Assembly: GCA_019429445.1 (NCBI GenBank)
Contig: JAHYIW010000002.1
Span: forward strand, 37,964 to 101,963
Length of the DNA: 64,000 bases
Source of the DNA: Desulfuromonadaceae bacterium
GTDB taxonomy: Bacteria > Desulfobacterota > Desulfuromonadia > Desulfuromonadales > JAHYIW01
Reading direction: 5' to 3'
In this document: in pieces, positions 46,592 through 56,333 of the stretch
Layout: the number at the start of each line of letters is the position of its first letter
Numbering within the stretch: position 1 is the first letter of the stretch
The notes under the pieces: generated by a model
Database searches by the model: none
The model's input: the letters and a program-made list of their open reading frames with translations, nothing else
What the model was told of the DNA's origin: nothing
Position numbers and translations under genes: made by a program

Positions 46592-47806
46592 ATGTTGTTA
46601 TTTTTGAAAAAGTTCCTTGCGAAAGAATCGTCGACCGGTATCCTCCTGATGATTGCAACTGTCCTTGCGATGCTGCTCGCCAACTCGCCGTTGCATGGAG
46701 TTTATGACTACTTTCTTGAGACCCCCCTTGAAGTCCACCTGGGACGTCAGCTCCACATTGCAAAACCGCTGATCCTCTGGGTCAACGACGGACTTATGGC
46801 GGTTTTTTTCTTGCTGATCGGTCTTGAGGTCAAACGCGAGGTCCTGATCGGCGAGCTTTCCAGCAGGGAACAGGTCATCCTCCCTGGAATCGCTGCGCTG
46901 GGCGGGATGTTGGCCCCGGCAGTGGTTTATGTCCTGATCAACCTGGGCGATGTGCATGCATTGAATGGCTGGGCCATTCCGGCGGCAACCGATATTGCTT
47001 TTGCTCTCGGAGTCCTCGCCTTGCTCGGCAACCGGGTTCCGTCATCACTCAAGATATTTCTGCTGGCCCTTGCGATCATGGACGATCTTGGTGCCATCGT
47101 CATCATCGCCCTGTTTTATTCCAGCGATCTTTCCTCGACCATGCTGATCCTTTCGGTGATTTGTCTGGCCCTCCTCTTCGTTTTCAATCGCCTTGGTATC
47201 GAGCGGACCGCCCCTTACCTGTGGGTAGGGATATTTCTCTGGATCTTTGTCCTCAAATCCGGCGTGCATGCGACGTTGGCCGGGGTCGCCCTGGCCTTTG
47301 CCATCCCGCTTAAAAGCCGCAAGGATCCTGAGCATTCACCCCTTGAACACCTTGAACATGACCTGCACCCATGGGTCAGTTATCTGATCCTGCCCCTCTT
47401 CGCTTTTGCCAATGCGGGAATCTCTCTGGCCGACATGTCGTTTGGCGACCTGTTTCACCCGGTGCCTCTCGGTATCATGCTCGGGCTGGTCGTTGGCAAA
47501 CTGACCGGTGTCTACGGGTTCTCTATCATCGCGATCAAGCTGGGATTCGCGCGTATGCCCGACCGCGCCAGATGGCCCCATCTGCTCGGTGTCGCCGCAC
47601 TCTGTGGCATCGGTTTTACGATGAGCCTTTTCATTGGTGGCCTGGCTTTTGAACACACTGGCGGAGAGCCCGTCTCTTACCTGACCACCCACCGCCTGGG
47701 GATTCTCTCCGGGTCGATAATCTCTGGAATCATCGGTTTTTTAATATTGTTTGTTACGGGAAACAAAGGCACCCCGGATCCGCCAGCTCCTGGTCTCCAG
47801 AGGTAG
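46592..47806 (+). CDS. nhaA: Na+/H+ antiporter NhaA
   Basis: ESSTGILLMIATVLAMLLANSP...WVNDGLMAVFFLLIGLEVKRE...AIMDDLGAI (the DD pair). Confidence 0.93.
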   Translation: MLLFLKKFLAKESSTGILLMIATVLAMLLANSPLHGVYDYFLETPLEVHLGRQLHIAKPLILWVNDGLMAVFFLLIGLEVKREVLIGELSSREQVILPGIAALGGMLAPAVVYVLINLGDVHALNGWAIPAATDIAFALGVLALLGNRVPSSLKIFLLALAIMDDLGAIVIIALFYSSDLSSTMLILSVICLALLFVFNRLGIERTAPYLWVGIFLWIFVLKSGVHATLAGVALAFAIPLKSRKDPEHSPLEHLEHDLHPWVSYLILPLFAFANAGISLADMSFGDLFHPVPLGIMLGLVVGKLTGVYGFSIIAIKLGFARMPDRARWPHLLGVAALCGIGFTMSLFIGGLAFEHTGGEPVSYLTTHRLGILSGSIISGIIGFLILFVTGNKGTPDPPAPGLQR

Positions 47807-47835
47807 GATCAGTCTCTGCCGGTAGAGCTTATGGA

Positions 47836-47867
47836 AAGGGTCTACAGTGAAAAAACTGTAGACCCTT
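47836..47867. terminator. bidirectional terminator between convergent nhaA and hsp20
   Basis: aagggtctacagt-gaaaaa-actgtagaccctt: perfect 13-bp stem. Confidence 0.6.
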
Positions 47868-47980
47868 GAAGTTGTTGGCGATTCCTTGCTTCCTGTTTCC
47901 GGGCAATCGTTCGGGGATCTTGCGAAAAATCAAGACTTGTCGTGTACCTCCCGGTCAGTATCTCTCCCGCGACAGGTTTT

Positions 47981-48364
47981 TTATGAGGTCATGATTTCAA
48001 TCCGCCGGGGTTTGGCTGCTTCAGCCTTGGGCAACAGAAGAGTCAGAACCCCGTCTTTTACGTCCGCGGCAATCTTCTCGGAATCGATTTCGTCCGGCAA
48101 CTGAAACTGGCGATAGTAGCTTCCATGTAAAAATTCACGGCGCACCGGCTCTCCAAGTACGTGTGATTTGCCTTTGGCCTGGACGGTCAAGAGTCCCCGA
48201 TCTATATCGATTTGCAGGTTTTCTTTGGTCACTCCCGGCAAATCAGCCATCAAGGTCAAACCCTCGTCGGATTCAAAAATATCGACGGCGGGTCTGATGA
48301 AAAAATCACGCGTCTCTTCGCGGCCTTTATTGTCGCTGCTTACGGAGATATCTTTTTGTCCCAT
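47981..48364 (-). CDS. Hsp20/alpha-crystallin small heat-shock protein
   Basis: Alpha-crystallin domain (PAVDIFE..EGL.L.ADLPGV.KE...I......L.........F.LP..ID...I.A...DGVL.L.LPK). Confidence 0.9.
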   Translation of the reverse strand: MGQKDISVSSDNKGREETRDFFIRPAVDIFESDEGLTLMADLPGVTKENLQIDIDRGLLTVQAKGKSHVLGEPVRREFLHGSYYRQFQLPDEIDSEKIAADVKDGVLTLLLPKAEAAKPRRIEIMTS

Positions 48365-48390
48365 GATGTCACCTCCTCAATTCATGAAGT

Positions 48391-48834
48391 CTAGTGTGCC
48401 TTGATGCTGATTTTCTTTGGTTTGGCTTTCTCATGGATGGGGAGCGTTACCAGCAAGATGCCGTCGTTGTACTTGGCGACAACCTTGTCGGCATCGACTT
48501 CGCAAGGCAGTTCTATGGTACGCATGAATTTTCCATGGCCGCGTTCGCGACGATGCCAGGTTTTTTTGCCGTCGGTCTGATCCTTGCGTTCTCCAGAGAG
48601 GGTTAAAACTCCCCGCATCACGGTCAATTCAAGATCTTTGGAATCAACACCCGGCATGAGAAATTCTGCGTAGACGTGATTCTCGTCCTGGGCAAGGTTG
48701 ACCTGTGGAAATCTTTGCAAGCCGACGCCCGGAATAAATGAGGGTTCGAGTAAGCCCCTCGCTCCATAGCCCTTGAAGACACCATCAATTTCTCGGCGCA
48801 GATCTTCCATTTCTCGAAAAATATCTATGGCCAT
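48391..48834 (-). CDS. Hsp20/alpha-crystallin small heat-shock protein
   Basis: Alpha-crystallin domain (GKF.R...LP..VD.DKV.A.Y.DGIL.VTLP). ATG at 48834 follows GAGGAGGAG. Confidence 0.9.
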   Translation of the reverse strand: MAIDIFREMEDLRREIDGVFKGYGARGLLEPSFIPGVGLQRFPQVNLAQDENHVYAEFLMPGVDSKDLELTVMRGVLTLSGERKDQTDGKKTWHRRERGHGKFMRTIELPCEVDADKVVAKYNDGILLVTLPIHEKAKPKKISIKAH

Positions 48835-49106
48835 TGTGATCTCCTCCTCTCGTCGTTTTGGTGGGTCAAGGTGCACCACCTCGTTATGTTTTGATATTAA
48901 GACTTACCAATGGGGCCGAAAATATCATGCGCCTGGCAGGAAATCTGTTAAGCACATTTGTCAAAACAATAATTATGATTTTATGGTTGTCAAGACCCTG
49001 TAATGGCATTTTTTAAAAGCAATATTTTTGAGAAATTCCATCTCTCCTGTTCTCGATTCGGTGACGTTTGTTGCGCATCACGAGGGGTTACGGACAAAGA
49101 AGAACG

Positions 49107-50069
49107 TCAGTTCCCCAGTGGGCTTAACAGGTCGAGTAACGACTGATCGATCGGCTTCAGCCCGGAGTCCAGAACCTTGTTGAGATCGACCCTCACCAAC
49201 TGCGTGCAGCTGAGCGCGAGCATTATTCCCGATTCCCCCTGGATCAGTGCCTCGACCGCCGCTACTCCGAACCGCGCGGCGAGCAGCCGATCAAAGGTCG
49301 AGGGTGAACCACCGCGCTGGTAGTGCCCCAGAACCATGATGCGGGTTTCGAAACCGACGCAGTCCTTGATCTGGTCGGCGATCTCCCGCGCGCTGGCGAC
49401 CCCCTCGGAAACCAGAATCAATGAATTGTCACGCCCTTCCGTGAAGCGCTGGTTGAGTTTGCGGCATATTTCGTCAATGGCGTAGGGTTGCTCCGGGATC
49501 AGTGCGAACTCGGCACCGCAGGTGATGGCCGCCGCGATCGCCAGATAACCGCAGTTACGTCCCATCGTTTCGACGACAAAGGTACGGTCATGCGATGAAG
49601 CCGTGTCCTTCAAACAATCGACGGCGTAGCGGATATTGTTGAGGGCGGTATCGACGCCGAGGGACATGTCGGTGCAGGGGATATCATTATCGATCGAGGC
49701 GGGGATGCCGACGGTATGCACGCCGAGCTGGTGCAATACCCGCGCGCCGCGCAATGATCCGTCTCCGCCGATAATAACGAGCCCTTCCACCTCCAGGCGC
49801 CGCACAGTGGAAAGAGCCTGCTGCTGTCCCTCGGGGGTGAGCATCGCCGGACACCGGGCGCTCTGCAAAAAGGTGCCGCCGCGCTGGAGGATGCCACTGA
49901 CCGAGCGGGTGGTCAACGGTTCGTGAAGTCCCTCGATCAGCCCCGCATAGCCCTTCATGATGCCGATGACCTCCATGTCATTGGCCAGGGCGGTGCGGAC
50001 AACACCACGAATTGCCGCATTCATGCCCGAACAGTCGCCGCCACTGGTCAAAACTGCAATTCTTTTCAT
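49107..50069 (-). CDS. pfkA: ATP-dependent 6-phosphofructokinase
   Basis: IAVLTSGGDCSGMNAAIR, IGGDGS, PASIDND and MGR motifs. Confidence 0.93.
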   Translation of the reverse strand: MKRIAVLTSGGDCSGMNAAIRGVVRTALANDMEVIGIMKGYAGLIEGLHEPLTTRSVSGILQRGGTFLQSARCPAMLTPEGQQQALSTVRRLEVEGLVIIGGDGSLRGARVLHQLGVHTVGIPASIDNDIPCTDMSLGVDTALNNIRYAVDCLKDTASSHDRTFVVETMGRNCGYLAIAAAITCGAEFALIPEQPYAIDEICRKLNQRFTEGRDNSLILVSEGVASAREIADQIKDCVGFETRIMVLGHYQRGGSPSTFDRLLAARFGVAAVEALIQGESGIMLALSCTQLVRVDLNKVLDSGLKPIDQSLLDLLSPLGN

Positions 50070-50190
50070 GTTTATGGTTCTCCATTCGTATCAATGTGCG
50101 TCCCTACGAAGTTAACCAGCCCGCACACGGTTTGTCAAAAGTCCATGTACATTCAGTCTTGTGCACCCTATAATGATTACAATTACTATA

Positions 50191-50351
50191 GTACCCAGTC
50201 ACCCATAATCTTTCGCATCTTGCTTGTTCTTTGCCGCGTCAGCTACGTTCCGATTTCAGCTGCTTAGCTACGGCTAGGCAACAGAAATCGCGCCTTGCTG
50301 ACACGTCAAAGCCCTGCGCAATCCCTCGAAATCCTATGGGTTGCAGGGTAC
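50191..50351. mobile_element. 161-bp MITE, copy 2 (TA-flanked)
   Basis: Ends gtacccagtcacccata / tatgggttgcagggtac, with TA on both flanks. Same length as copy 1 and about 86% identical. Ends 19 nt upstream of the M16 peptidase ATG. Confidence 0.7.
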
Positions 50352-50370
50352 TAACCGGAGGAAAGGACAT

Positions 50371-51867
50371 ATGTTGAAAATGTGCAGAATCGGAGCGATG
50401 GCTGTCGTATTGCTCCTCGGAGGACTTTCACTGGCCACGGCAGCGACCCTGGCAGAGAAGGTTCGTGAGTTTAACTTTGCGAATGGCCTGACGCTGCTGG
50501 TTGTCGAGCGTCACGATGTACCGACGATCAGTGCTTATATGACCATCGGTATCGGGTCTGTGGATGAAACCAGTGCCGAGCGTGGTGTTGCCCACTTGCT
50601 TGAACACATGCTTTTCAAAGGGACCAAAACCCTTGGCACGACTGATTACGCCAAAGAAAAACCACTGCTGGAAAAAATTGAGGCCGTCGGAGAGCAACTT
50701 GATCGCCTGCGCCGTGATCCCCGCAGCGATCCGCAGAAAGTTGCCGCGCTGGCCGATCAGCGCAGTCAGTTGCAACGGGAACATAAGAAATATGTTGTTA
50801 AAGACGAGTTCTCGCGCATTTACGCAGAAAATGGTGGCGTCGGGTATAACGCCTTTACCAGTACCGATCTGACCACCTATATGATCTCGCTGCCGTCCAA
50901 CAAGATTGAACTGTGGGCGGCGATTGAATCCGACCGCATGAAACAGCCGGTGTTGCGTGAATTCTACACCGAACGCGATGTCATCCTCGAAGAGCGTCGT
51001 CGTTCCTACGAATCGAACCCCGAGCGCCTGCTCTACAGCACACTGGTCAACAGCGCTTACGCGATGCACCCCTACGGTCAACCGATTATCGGCTGGGAAT
51101 CGGATGTCCGTGGTTTGACGCCGGAAAAGACCCGCAATTTTCTGCGGCACTATTATGCGCCGATCAATACTGTGATTGCGCTGGTCGGGGATATCGAGGC
51201 TGAATACGCGCGTGCCCTGGTCGATGATTATTTCGGCACGATTCCGTCCGGCACGCCGATTCCTCCGGTTGCCGCGCTGGAACCGGAGCAACGTGGTGAA
51301 AAGCGGGTAAACGTCCGTTTTGATGCCGAGCCGCAGGTGAAGATTGCCTTTCACAAAGAGACGCTCCCCGCCGCTGAGGATTATGTTTTTGATCTGATCG
51401 ATGCCATTCTCTCGCAGGGGCGTTTGTCGCGACTGTATCAATCGCTGGTTCTTGAACAGCAGTTGGTGACCTCGGTAGCAACTTACGGCGCTCCCGGTTC
51501 CCGTTATCCAAATCTGTTTGTGATCAGCGCCACCCCGCGTTATCCGCACACTGCCGCGGAGGTTGAGGCGGCGATTTATCGTGAACTGCAACGACTTAAG
51601 GAGGAACTTGTCCCCGCTGCGGAGCTGGAAAGGGTCAAACGCCGTCTGGAGGTTGATCAGTTGCGCCACTTGCAGAGTAATTCCGGACTGGCCCGGTTGT
51701 TGACCAGCTATCAGACGATTGCAGGTGACTGGCGCTATCTGGTTGACTATGACCAGCGTCTGGCGGAAATTACTGCTGAACAGATCCGGGATGTCGCCCG
51801 CCAGCGGCTGACCGTTGAAAATCGCACCGTTGCGACGCTGGTGAAAGATGCAGGAGAAAAAGAATGA
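50371..51867 (+). CDS. M16-family (pitrilysin/insulinase-like) zinc peptidase, catalytic subunit
   Basis: Signal peptide. The inverted zinc motif HLLEH (HxxEH) is followed by a downstream Glu. ATG at 50371 follows GGAGGAAAGG. Confidence 0.88.
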   Translation: MLKMCRIGAMAVVLLLGGLSLATAATLAEKVREFNFANGLTLLVVERHDVPTISAYMTIGIGSVDETSAERGVAHLLEHMLFKGTKTLGTTDYAKEKPLLEKIEAVGEQLDRLRRDPRSDPQKVAALADQRSQLQREHKKYVVKDEFSRIYAENGGVGYNAFTSTDLTTYMISLPSNKIELWAAIESDRMKQPVLREFYTERDVILEERRRSYESNPERLLYSTLVNSAYAMHPYGQPIIGWESDVRGLTPEKTRNFLRHYYAPINTVIALVGDIEAEYARALVDDYFGTIPSGTPIPPVAALEPEQRGEKRVNVRFDAEPQVKIAFHKETLPAAEDYVFDLIDAILSQGRLSRLYQSLVLEQQLVTSVATYGAPGSRYPNLFVISATPRYPHTAAEVEAAIYRELQRLKEELVPAAELERVKRRLEVDQLRHLQSNSGLARLLTSYQTIAGDWRYLVDYDQRLAEITAEQIRDVARQRLTVENRTVATLVKDAGEKE

Positions 51868-53273
51868 AACGGCTGCTTATTACCCTTGTTGTACTGCTTG
51901 TGCTTGCTGCGTGTCTGCCCGCAGCGTCTCCCGTCGATCCGCGCCAGCTGACTTTTGCTCCAATGGCATTTACTGTTCCACCGGTTGACCAGATAACCCT
52001 GCCGAACGGTATGCGTCTCTATCTGCGCGAAGATCACGAACTGCCGATGGTACGGATCAGCGGCATGTTTGACGGCGGAGCTCTCAGCGAACCGGATGAC
52101 AAGGTTGGCCTGACCGACCTTTTCGGGAGTACTTTGCGCATCGGTGGTGCCGGGGAACGCGGTCCTGAAGAATTTGATCAGGCGCTGGAGGAGCTGGCCA
52201 TCAACCTGTCGGCAAGTGTCGACAGTTACGCCACGAATTTCAGTCTTTCGGCCCGTGCCGCTGATCTGGAACCGGCCCTTGAGCTTCTCGCGGACATGGT
52301 ACGACGGCCGCAATTCGCGCCGCAACGGATCGAAATTACGCGGCAGCAGATGCTCGAGGGCATCCGGCGGCGTAACGATCAGCCCGGTGCCGTGGCCAGC
52401 CGCCTGTTCCGCGAAACCCTCTATGCCGGCCATCCGTTCGGACGAACGCCGAGTGTCGCAAGCGTCACGGCCATCGAACGCGCTGATCTGCTTGCGTTTC
52501 AGCAACGATTTTTTCATCCGGACAATCTTTGGCTGGCGATTTCAGGTGACTTCGAGCGCGCCGATCTGCTCCGCAAGCTGACGGCGGTTTTTGGTGATTG
52601 GGCCACCGGAGCGCCAAAGAAGCAGGTTGTTCCAGCAGTTACCACCCAGGCACAAGGGCGGGTGTTAGTCACGGACAAAGACTTGCCGCAGACGACGGTG
52701 ATGATCGGCGAACTCGGTATCCGCAAAGATAACCCGGATGTGTATGCCGTACAGGTAATGAACTTTATTCTTGGCGGCGGCGGGTTCAATTCACGGTTGA
52801 TGCGTGAAATCCGTTCCAATCGTGGTCTGGCCTATTCCGTCTATTCCGGTTTTCGCCCCGGACGACGCTTGCCCGGTGTTTTTTATGCTGGCTGCGAAAC
52901 GAAAAGTGCCTCAACCCTGGAGGCCATTGACCTGCTGCGTGCCGAACTGCGGTTGATGCGTGACCAGCCGGTCGGTAGTGAAGAATTGGTGCTGGCACAG
53001 GAAAGTTTGATCAATTCCTTTGTGTTCAGTTTTGATGATAGTCACGCGGTGGTTTCACAGTCGATGCAACTTGATTTTTATGACTATCCCCCCGACTACC
53101 TGTCGCGCTATCGGGAACGCATTGCCGCAGTGAGTATTACTGATGTGCAGCGGGTGGCGCAAACTTATTTACACCCCGATCAACAACTGCTGGTGCTGGT
53201 CGGCAAGGTGGATAGTTTTGATCGTGCGCCAGAGAGTTTGAATCTGCCAGTCACCAACGTGTCACTCGACTGA
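51864..53273 (+). CDS. M16-family peptidase-like subunit lacking HxxEH (probable lipoprotein)
   Basis: LVLAAC lipobox-like signal. M16 fold pattern without the zinc motif. Overlaps the upstream gene by 4 nt. Confidence 0.8.
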   Translation: MKRLLITLVVLLVLAACLPAASPVDPRQLTFAPMAFTVPPVDQITLPNGMRLYLREDHELPMVRISGMFDGGALSEPDDKVGLTDLFGSTLRIGGAGERGPEEFDQALEELAINLSASVDSYATNFSLSARAADLEPALELLADMVRRPQFAPQRIEITRQQMLEGIRRRNDQPGAVASRLFRETLYAGHPFGRTPSVASVTAIERADLLAFQQRFFHPDNLWLAISGDFERADLLRKLTAVFGDWATGAPKKQVVPAVTTQAQGRVLVTDKDLPQTTVMIGELGIRKDNPDVYAVQVMNFILGGGGFNSRLMREIRSNRGLAYSVYSGFRPGRRLPGVFYAGCETKSASTLEAIDLLRAELRLMRDQPVGSEELVLAQESLINSFVFSFDDSHAVVSQSMQLDFYDYPPDYLSRYRERIAAVSITDVQRVAQTYLHPDQQLLVLVGKVDSFDRAPESLNLPVTNVSLD

Positions 53274-53375
53274 AGCAGTATCAGTTTCGTTCAAATCGCC
53301 ATTGCAATTCCAAGCGATTGTGCTCTAATTAGTGTGCTAGCATTAATTTTTCAGTGCACCGAGGGAGATTCTTTC

Positions 53376-53762
53376 ATGCAGACAGATGTTATTTTAATAA
53401 TTGCGGTGGTGTTGGCGGCGGTGCTGGTTGCCTTTATTATTCCAACCCTCATTCAATTAAAAAAAACCCTGGCGAAAGTTGCTGACCTGACTGAGGATAC
53501 GCGTTGCGAGTTGACGCCGATCCTGAGTGAATTGCGGACAACGACGGCACGCCTGAACCAGATGCTCGACCAGGCTGAGAAAGGGCTGGGGAAGGCACAG
53601 GGACTCTTTCAGGCGGTCGGGGAGATTGGCGACTCGGTACGCACGATGCACAATTTTGTCCGCTGTGATCTCAACAGACACCTGGGCAGTGCCGTCGGGG
53701 TGTGGATGGGGATCAGGGCCGCAGCAAAGGTTATCGCGAAAGAACGCGAGCGAAAGGAGTAG
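53376..53762 (+). CDS. DUF948-like membrane-anchored protein
   Basis: An N-terminal TM followed by a long helix (L..L..T....N.....). ATG at 53376 follows GAGGGAG. The family assignment is from memory. Confidence 0.6.
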   Translation: MQTDVILIIAVVLAAVLVAFIIPTLIQLKKTLAKVADLTEDTRCELTPILSELRTTTARLNQMLDQAEKGLGKAQGLFQAVGEIGDSVRTMHNFVRCDLNRHLGSAVGVWMGIRAAAKVIAKERERKE

Positions 53763-53766
53763 GGAT

Positions 53767-54075
53767 ATGTCTGATCATAATCACGGTGGTGCTTCATTGC
53801 TGGCTTTTCTGGCGGGGGCGGCGGTGGGTGGCGTTGCCGCGCTGTTACTGGCTCCTCGCAGTGGCGCTGAGACGCGGCAAAAGGTTCTCGATGCGGCGGA
53901 AGAGTTGAAAGTTCGGTCGCAGGCGCTCGTCACCGAGGCTGAAAACCGGGTACGTGAAGTTGTCGAGGAAGGAAAGGGGGTCCTTGATCAGAACAAGGAA
54001 GTTTTTCTTTCGGCGGTAGCGGCCGGGAAAGAAGCGTTCGAGAAGGTAAAACCGACAGCGGGGAAAAAATCCTGA
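53767..54075 (+). CDS. YtxH-domain protein
   Basis: FLAGAAVGGVAALLLAPRSGAETRQKV is the YtxH signature. ATG at 53767 follows AAGGAG. Confidence 0.7.
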   Translation: MSDHNHGGASLLAFLAGAAVGGVAALLLAPRSGAETRQKVLDAAEELKVRSQALVTEAENRVREVVEEGKGVLDQNKEVFLSAVAAGKEAFEKVKPTAGKKS

Positions 54076-54236
54076 CAACGGTAAAATCGGGACCGGTTTG
54101 TTAGTTGTTCACAAAGCCGCCGGGGAAATCGTTCAGGTTTCTCTTGCGGCTTCGTGGTTCAGAAGATGACCTGTGCGGGTTTTTTTGTTTAATGGCGCAC
54201 GGACCTCAACGAACTGCGTGATGAAAGCGATCATCG

Positions 54237-55598
54237 ATGTTGAACGCGACTGAATTGTGCGAAAAAATCAAAAATTACTTTGATCGTTTGTTCTGCGAGG
54301 TCGATCATCAACAGTCCAGTAGGGTGCGACTGTTTTTTCTCCGTCAGATACAGATTGCCGTACTGGTTTTTCGCGATTTTTTTGCCGACCGATGCATGTT
54401 GCGCGCCTCGGCGTTGACCTATGCCACGTTGCTCTCGATCGTGCCGCTGCTGACATTGATGTTTTCGCTGTTAAAAGGCGTGGGGGCGCAGGAAACGCTG
54501 GGGCGTTTTTTGCTGAAACAACTGACGCTCGGCTCGGAAGAAATTGTTGCCGCGATTTTGCTCTATATCGATAATACCCGCTTTGGCCAGCTTGGCCTGG
54601 TCGGATTGGTGATCCTGGTGCTCACCGTTTTGATGCTTCTTTCCAATATCGAAGAGAGTTTCAATCATATCTGGGGGGTCAGGGAAACACGCTCGATCTT
54701 TCGGCGTTTTGCCGACTATTCTTCGGTCGTGATTGTCGGGCCGGTTTTTTTGCTGGCGGCAATTTCGATGACCACGACTCTGGAGAGCCAGCACCTGCTG
54801 AACTGGTTGCTCAATGTTGAGTATCTCGGCGACGCTCTGCTGGTTCTGTTCAACTATCTGCCTTATCTGGTCATGTGGGCGGCATTTACTTCGCTCTATA
54901 TTTTTATGCCCAATATCAAGGTGCGCTTTCGTGCCGCACTGGTCGGCGGCATTGTCGGGGGAACCCTGTGGCAGTTCGCGCAGTGGCTATGTATCTACTT
55001 TCAGTTTGGTGTGGCGCGTTACAATGCCATTTACGGAGCGCTGGCGGCGTTGCCGATCTTTATGGTGTGGATTTATGTGTCCTGGTTGATTGTACTGCTG
55101 GGGCTGGAATTGACCTACGCCTGGCAAAATATGTCGATTATTCGCCTGGAAGTGCGCGGTGAAGCGCTCAGCTTCGCCAGCCGTGAAGTCGCTGCACTGA
55201 CGATTTTACTGACGGTGGCCGATAATTTTCAACGCAGTTTGCCGCCGCTGACACTGGAGAATATTTGTCGGCGACTGGGCATCCCCCCGCGCCTGGGGCG
55301 TGAACTGTTGCGGATGCTGTGTGAGCTGGGGTTTCTTTCCGAAGTTCGCAAAGGGAACGAAGAGACGGCCTTTCTGCCGTTGTGTGACCCGGCAACGTTG
55401 TCTCTTGACGGGATCGTTAACGCGTTACGTCATGATGGTCTTGATTTTACCAAACTCGGCAAACGACCCGTCTGGGCGGTTGCGCGTAAATTGGAAGAGC
55501 AACTTGCCACGGTAGCACAGACAGCGTTTTTCGGGTTGACCCTGGAGACGCTGGCGCGCGAGTTGAACAGTGACGAGGATGATCAGTCTGTGGCCTGA
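54237..55598 (+). CDS. YihY/BrkB-family inner membrane protein with C-terminal cytoplasmic extension
   Basis: ASALTYATLLSIVPLL...YG.LAA.P.FM.W.Y. pattern and six TM segments. Confidence 0.8.
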   Translation: MLNATELCEKIKNYFDRLFCEVDHQQSSRVRLFFLRQIQIAVLVFRDFFADRCMLRASALTYATLLSIVPLLTLMFSLLKGVGAQETLGRFLLKQLTLGSEEIVAAILLYIDNTRFGQLGLVGLVILVLTVLMLLSNIEESFNHIWGVRETRSIFRRFADYSSVVIVGPVFLLAAISMTTTLESQHLLNWLLNVEYLGDALLVLFNYLPYLVMWAAFTSLYIFMPNIKVRFRAALVGGIVGGTLWQFAQWLCIYFQFGVARYNAIYGALAALPIFMVWIYVSWLIVLLGLELTYAWQNMSIIRLEVRGEALSFASREVAALTILLTVADNFQRSLPPLTLENICRRLGIPPRLGRELLRMLCELGFLSEVRKGNEETAFLPLCDPATLSLDGIVNALRHDGLDFTKLGKRPVWAVARKLEEQLATVAQTAFFGLTLETLARELNSDEDDQSVA

Positions 55599-56305
55599 CA
55601 GGTATGGAGGGAGAGCTCTGCGTTGCTGCATTCTGCATAGGAATACTGCGTGATCCAGTCCCCCACGACCAGCCATTCCCCCCCCGCTACCTGTCCTCGA
55701 CACGGATTGTGAAAGTGCCCGGTAACCACGACATCCGCCCCGTTGCTGCATTGCTTGCGGGTGTACGGTTCAATAAACTGACGCGGGTCGCGCGGAGTGA
55801 AATCCGGTTGCTGGTAGCGGTCACTGCGCAGGCTCCAGCGGTAGCCAAGCTGCCAGGTCAAATCCGGTGGCAGCAGCGACTGGATGGCGCGCCGCAGCGG
55901 ACTGCGCAGCAGGCGGCGCAACAGGCGATAACCAATGTCGGCGGGATCAAGCAAATCACCGTGTGTGAGATGGAAGGTGCGACCGTCAAGCGTAATCTCT
56001 GCACTGTTCGGAATCAGTTGACACTTGAGGACGTCGCTGAAATACGGGCCAGGGTCGAAATCGTGATTGCCCTCGACGAAGATCAGCTGTGTCCCCGATG
56101 TTTGAAGTTTGTTCAAGGCGTCAAGTAGCGGGATGTAATGTGCAAAGACCACATGGCGATAACCGGCCCAGAATTCGAAAATATCTCCCAACATCACCAA
56201 GGTTGTTGTATTGCCGCGCAACGTATTGAGAAAAGACACCAGCCGGCGGTAATTTTCGTCGGCAGGATCACGCAGGTGGGCATCGGCGATAAATATGTGG
56301 CGCAT
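55583..56305 (-). CDS. lpxH: UDP-2,3-diacylglucosamine diphosphatase
   Basis: Calcineurin-like motifs FIADAHL, LGDIFEFW, GNHD and GH.H. The start could be 56305 or 56317. The 3' end overlaps the convergent yihY-like gene by 16 nt. Confidence 0.85.
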   Translation of the reverse strand: MRHIFIADAHLRDPADENYRRLVSFLNTLRGNTTTLVMLGDIFEFWAGYRHVVFAHYIPLLDALNKLQTSGTQLIFVEGNHDFDPGPYFSDVLKCQLIPNSAEITLDGRTFHLTHGDLLDPADIGYRLLRRLLRSPLRRAIQSLLPPDLTWQLGYRWSLRSDRYQQPDFTPRDPRQFIEPYTRKQCSNGADVVVTGHFHNPCRGQVAGGEWLVVGDWITQYSYAECSNAELSLHTCQATD

Positions 56306-56333
56306 GGTTGTTGTCATTAGCGGCGACCGGAGA

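Noticed and set aside
48835-49106. Sigma-32 or sigma-54 promoter, or ROSE-type RNA thermometer, upstream of the hsp20 pair
   Set aside because: A CCCCAT-like -10 is present (ggCCCCATTg on the minus strand), but there is no convincing CTTGAA -35 at the right spacing. No GG-N10-GC match was found, and no SD-masking U(U/C)GCU hairpin. This is not supportable by eye.
50428-51669. 413-aa minus-strand ORF antisense to the M16 peptidase gene
   Set aside because: The plus-strand frame has a signal peptide and HxxEH. The antisense frame is Arg/Gln/Gly-rich with no motif.
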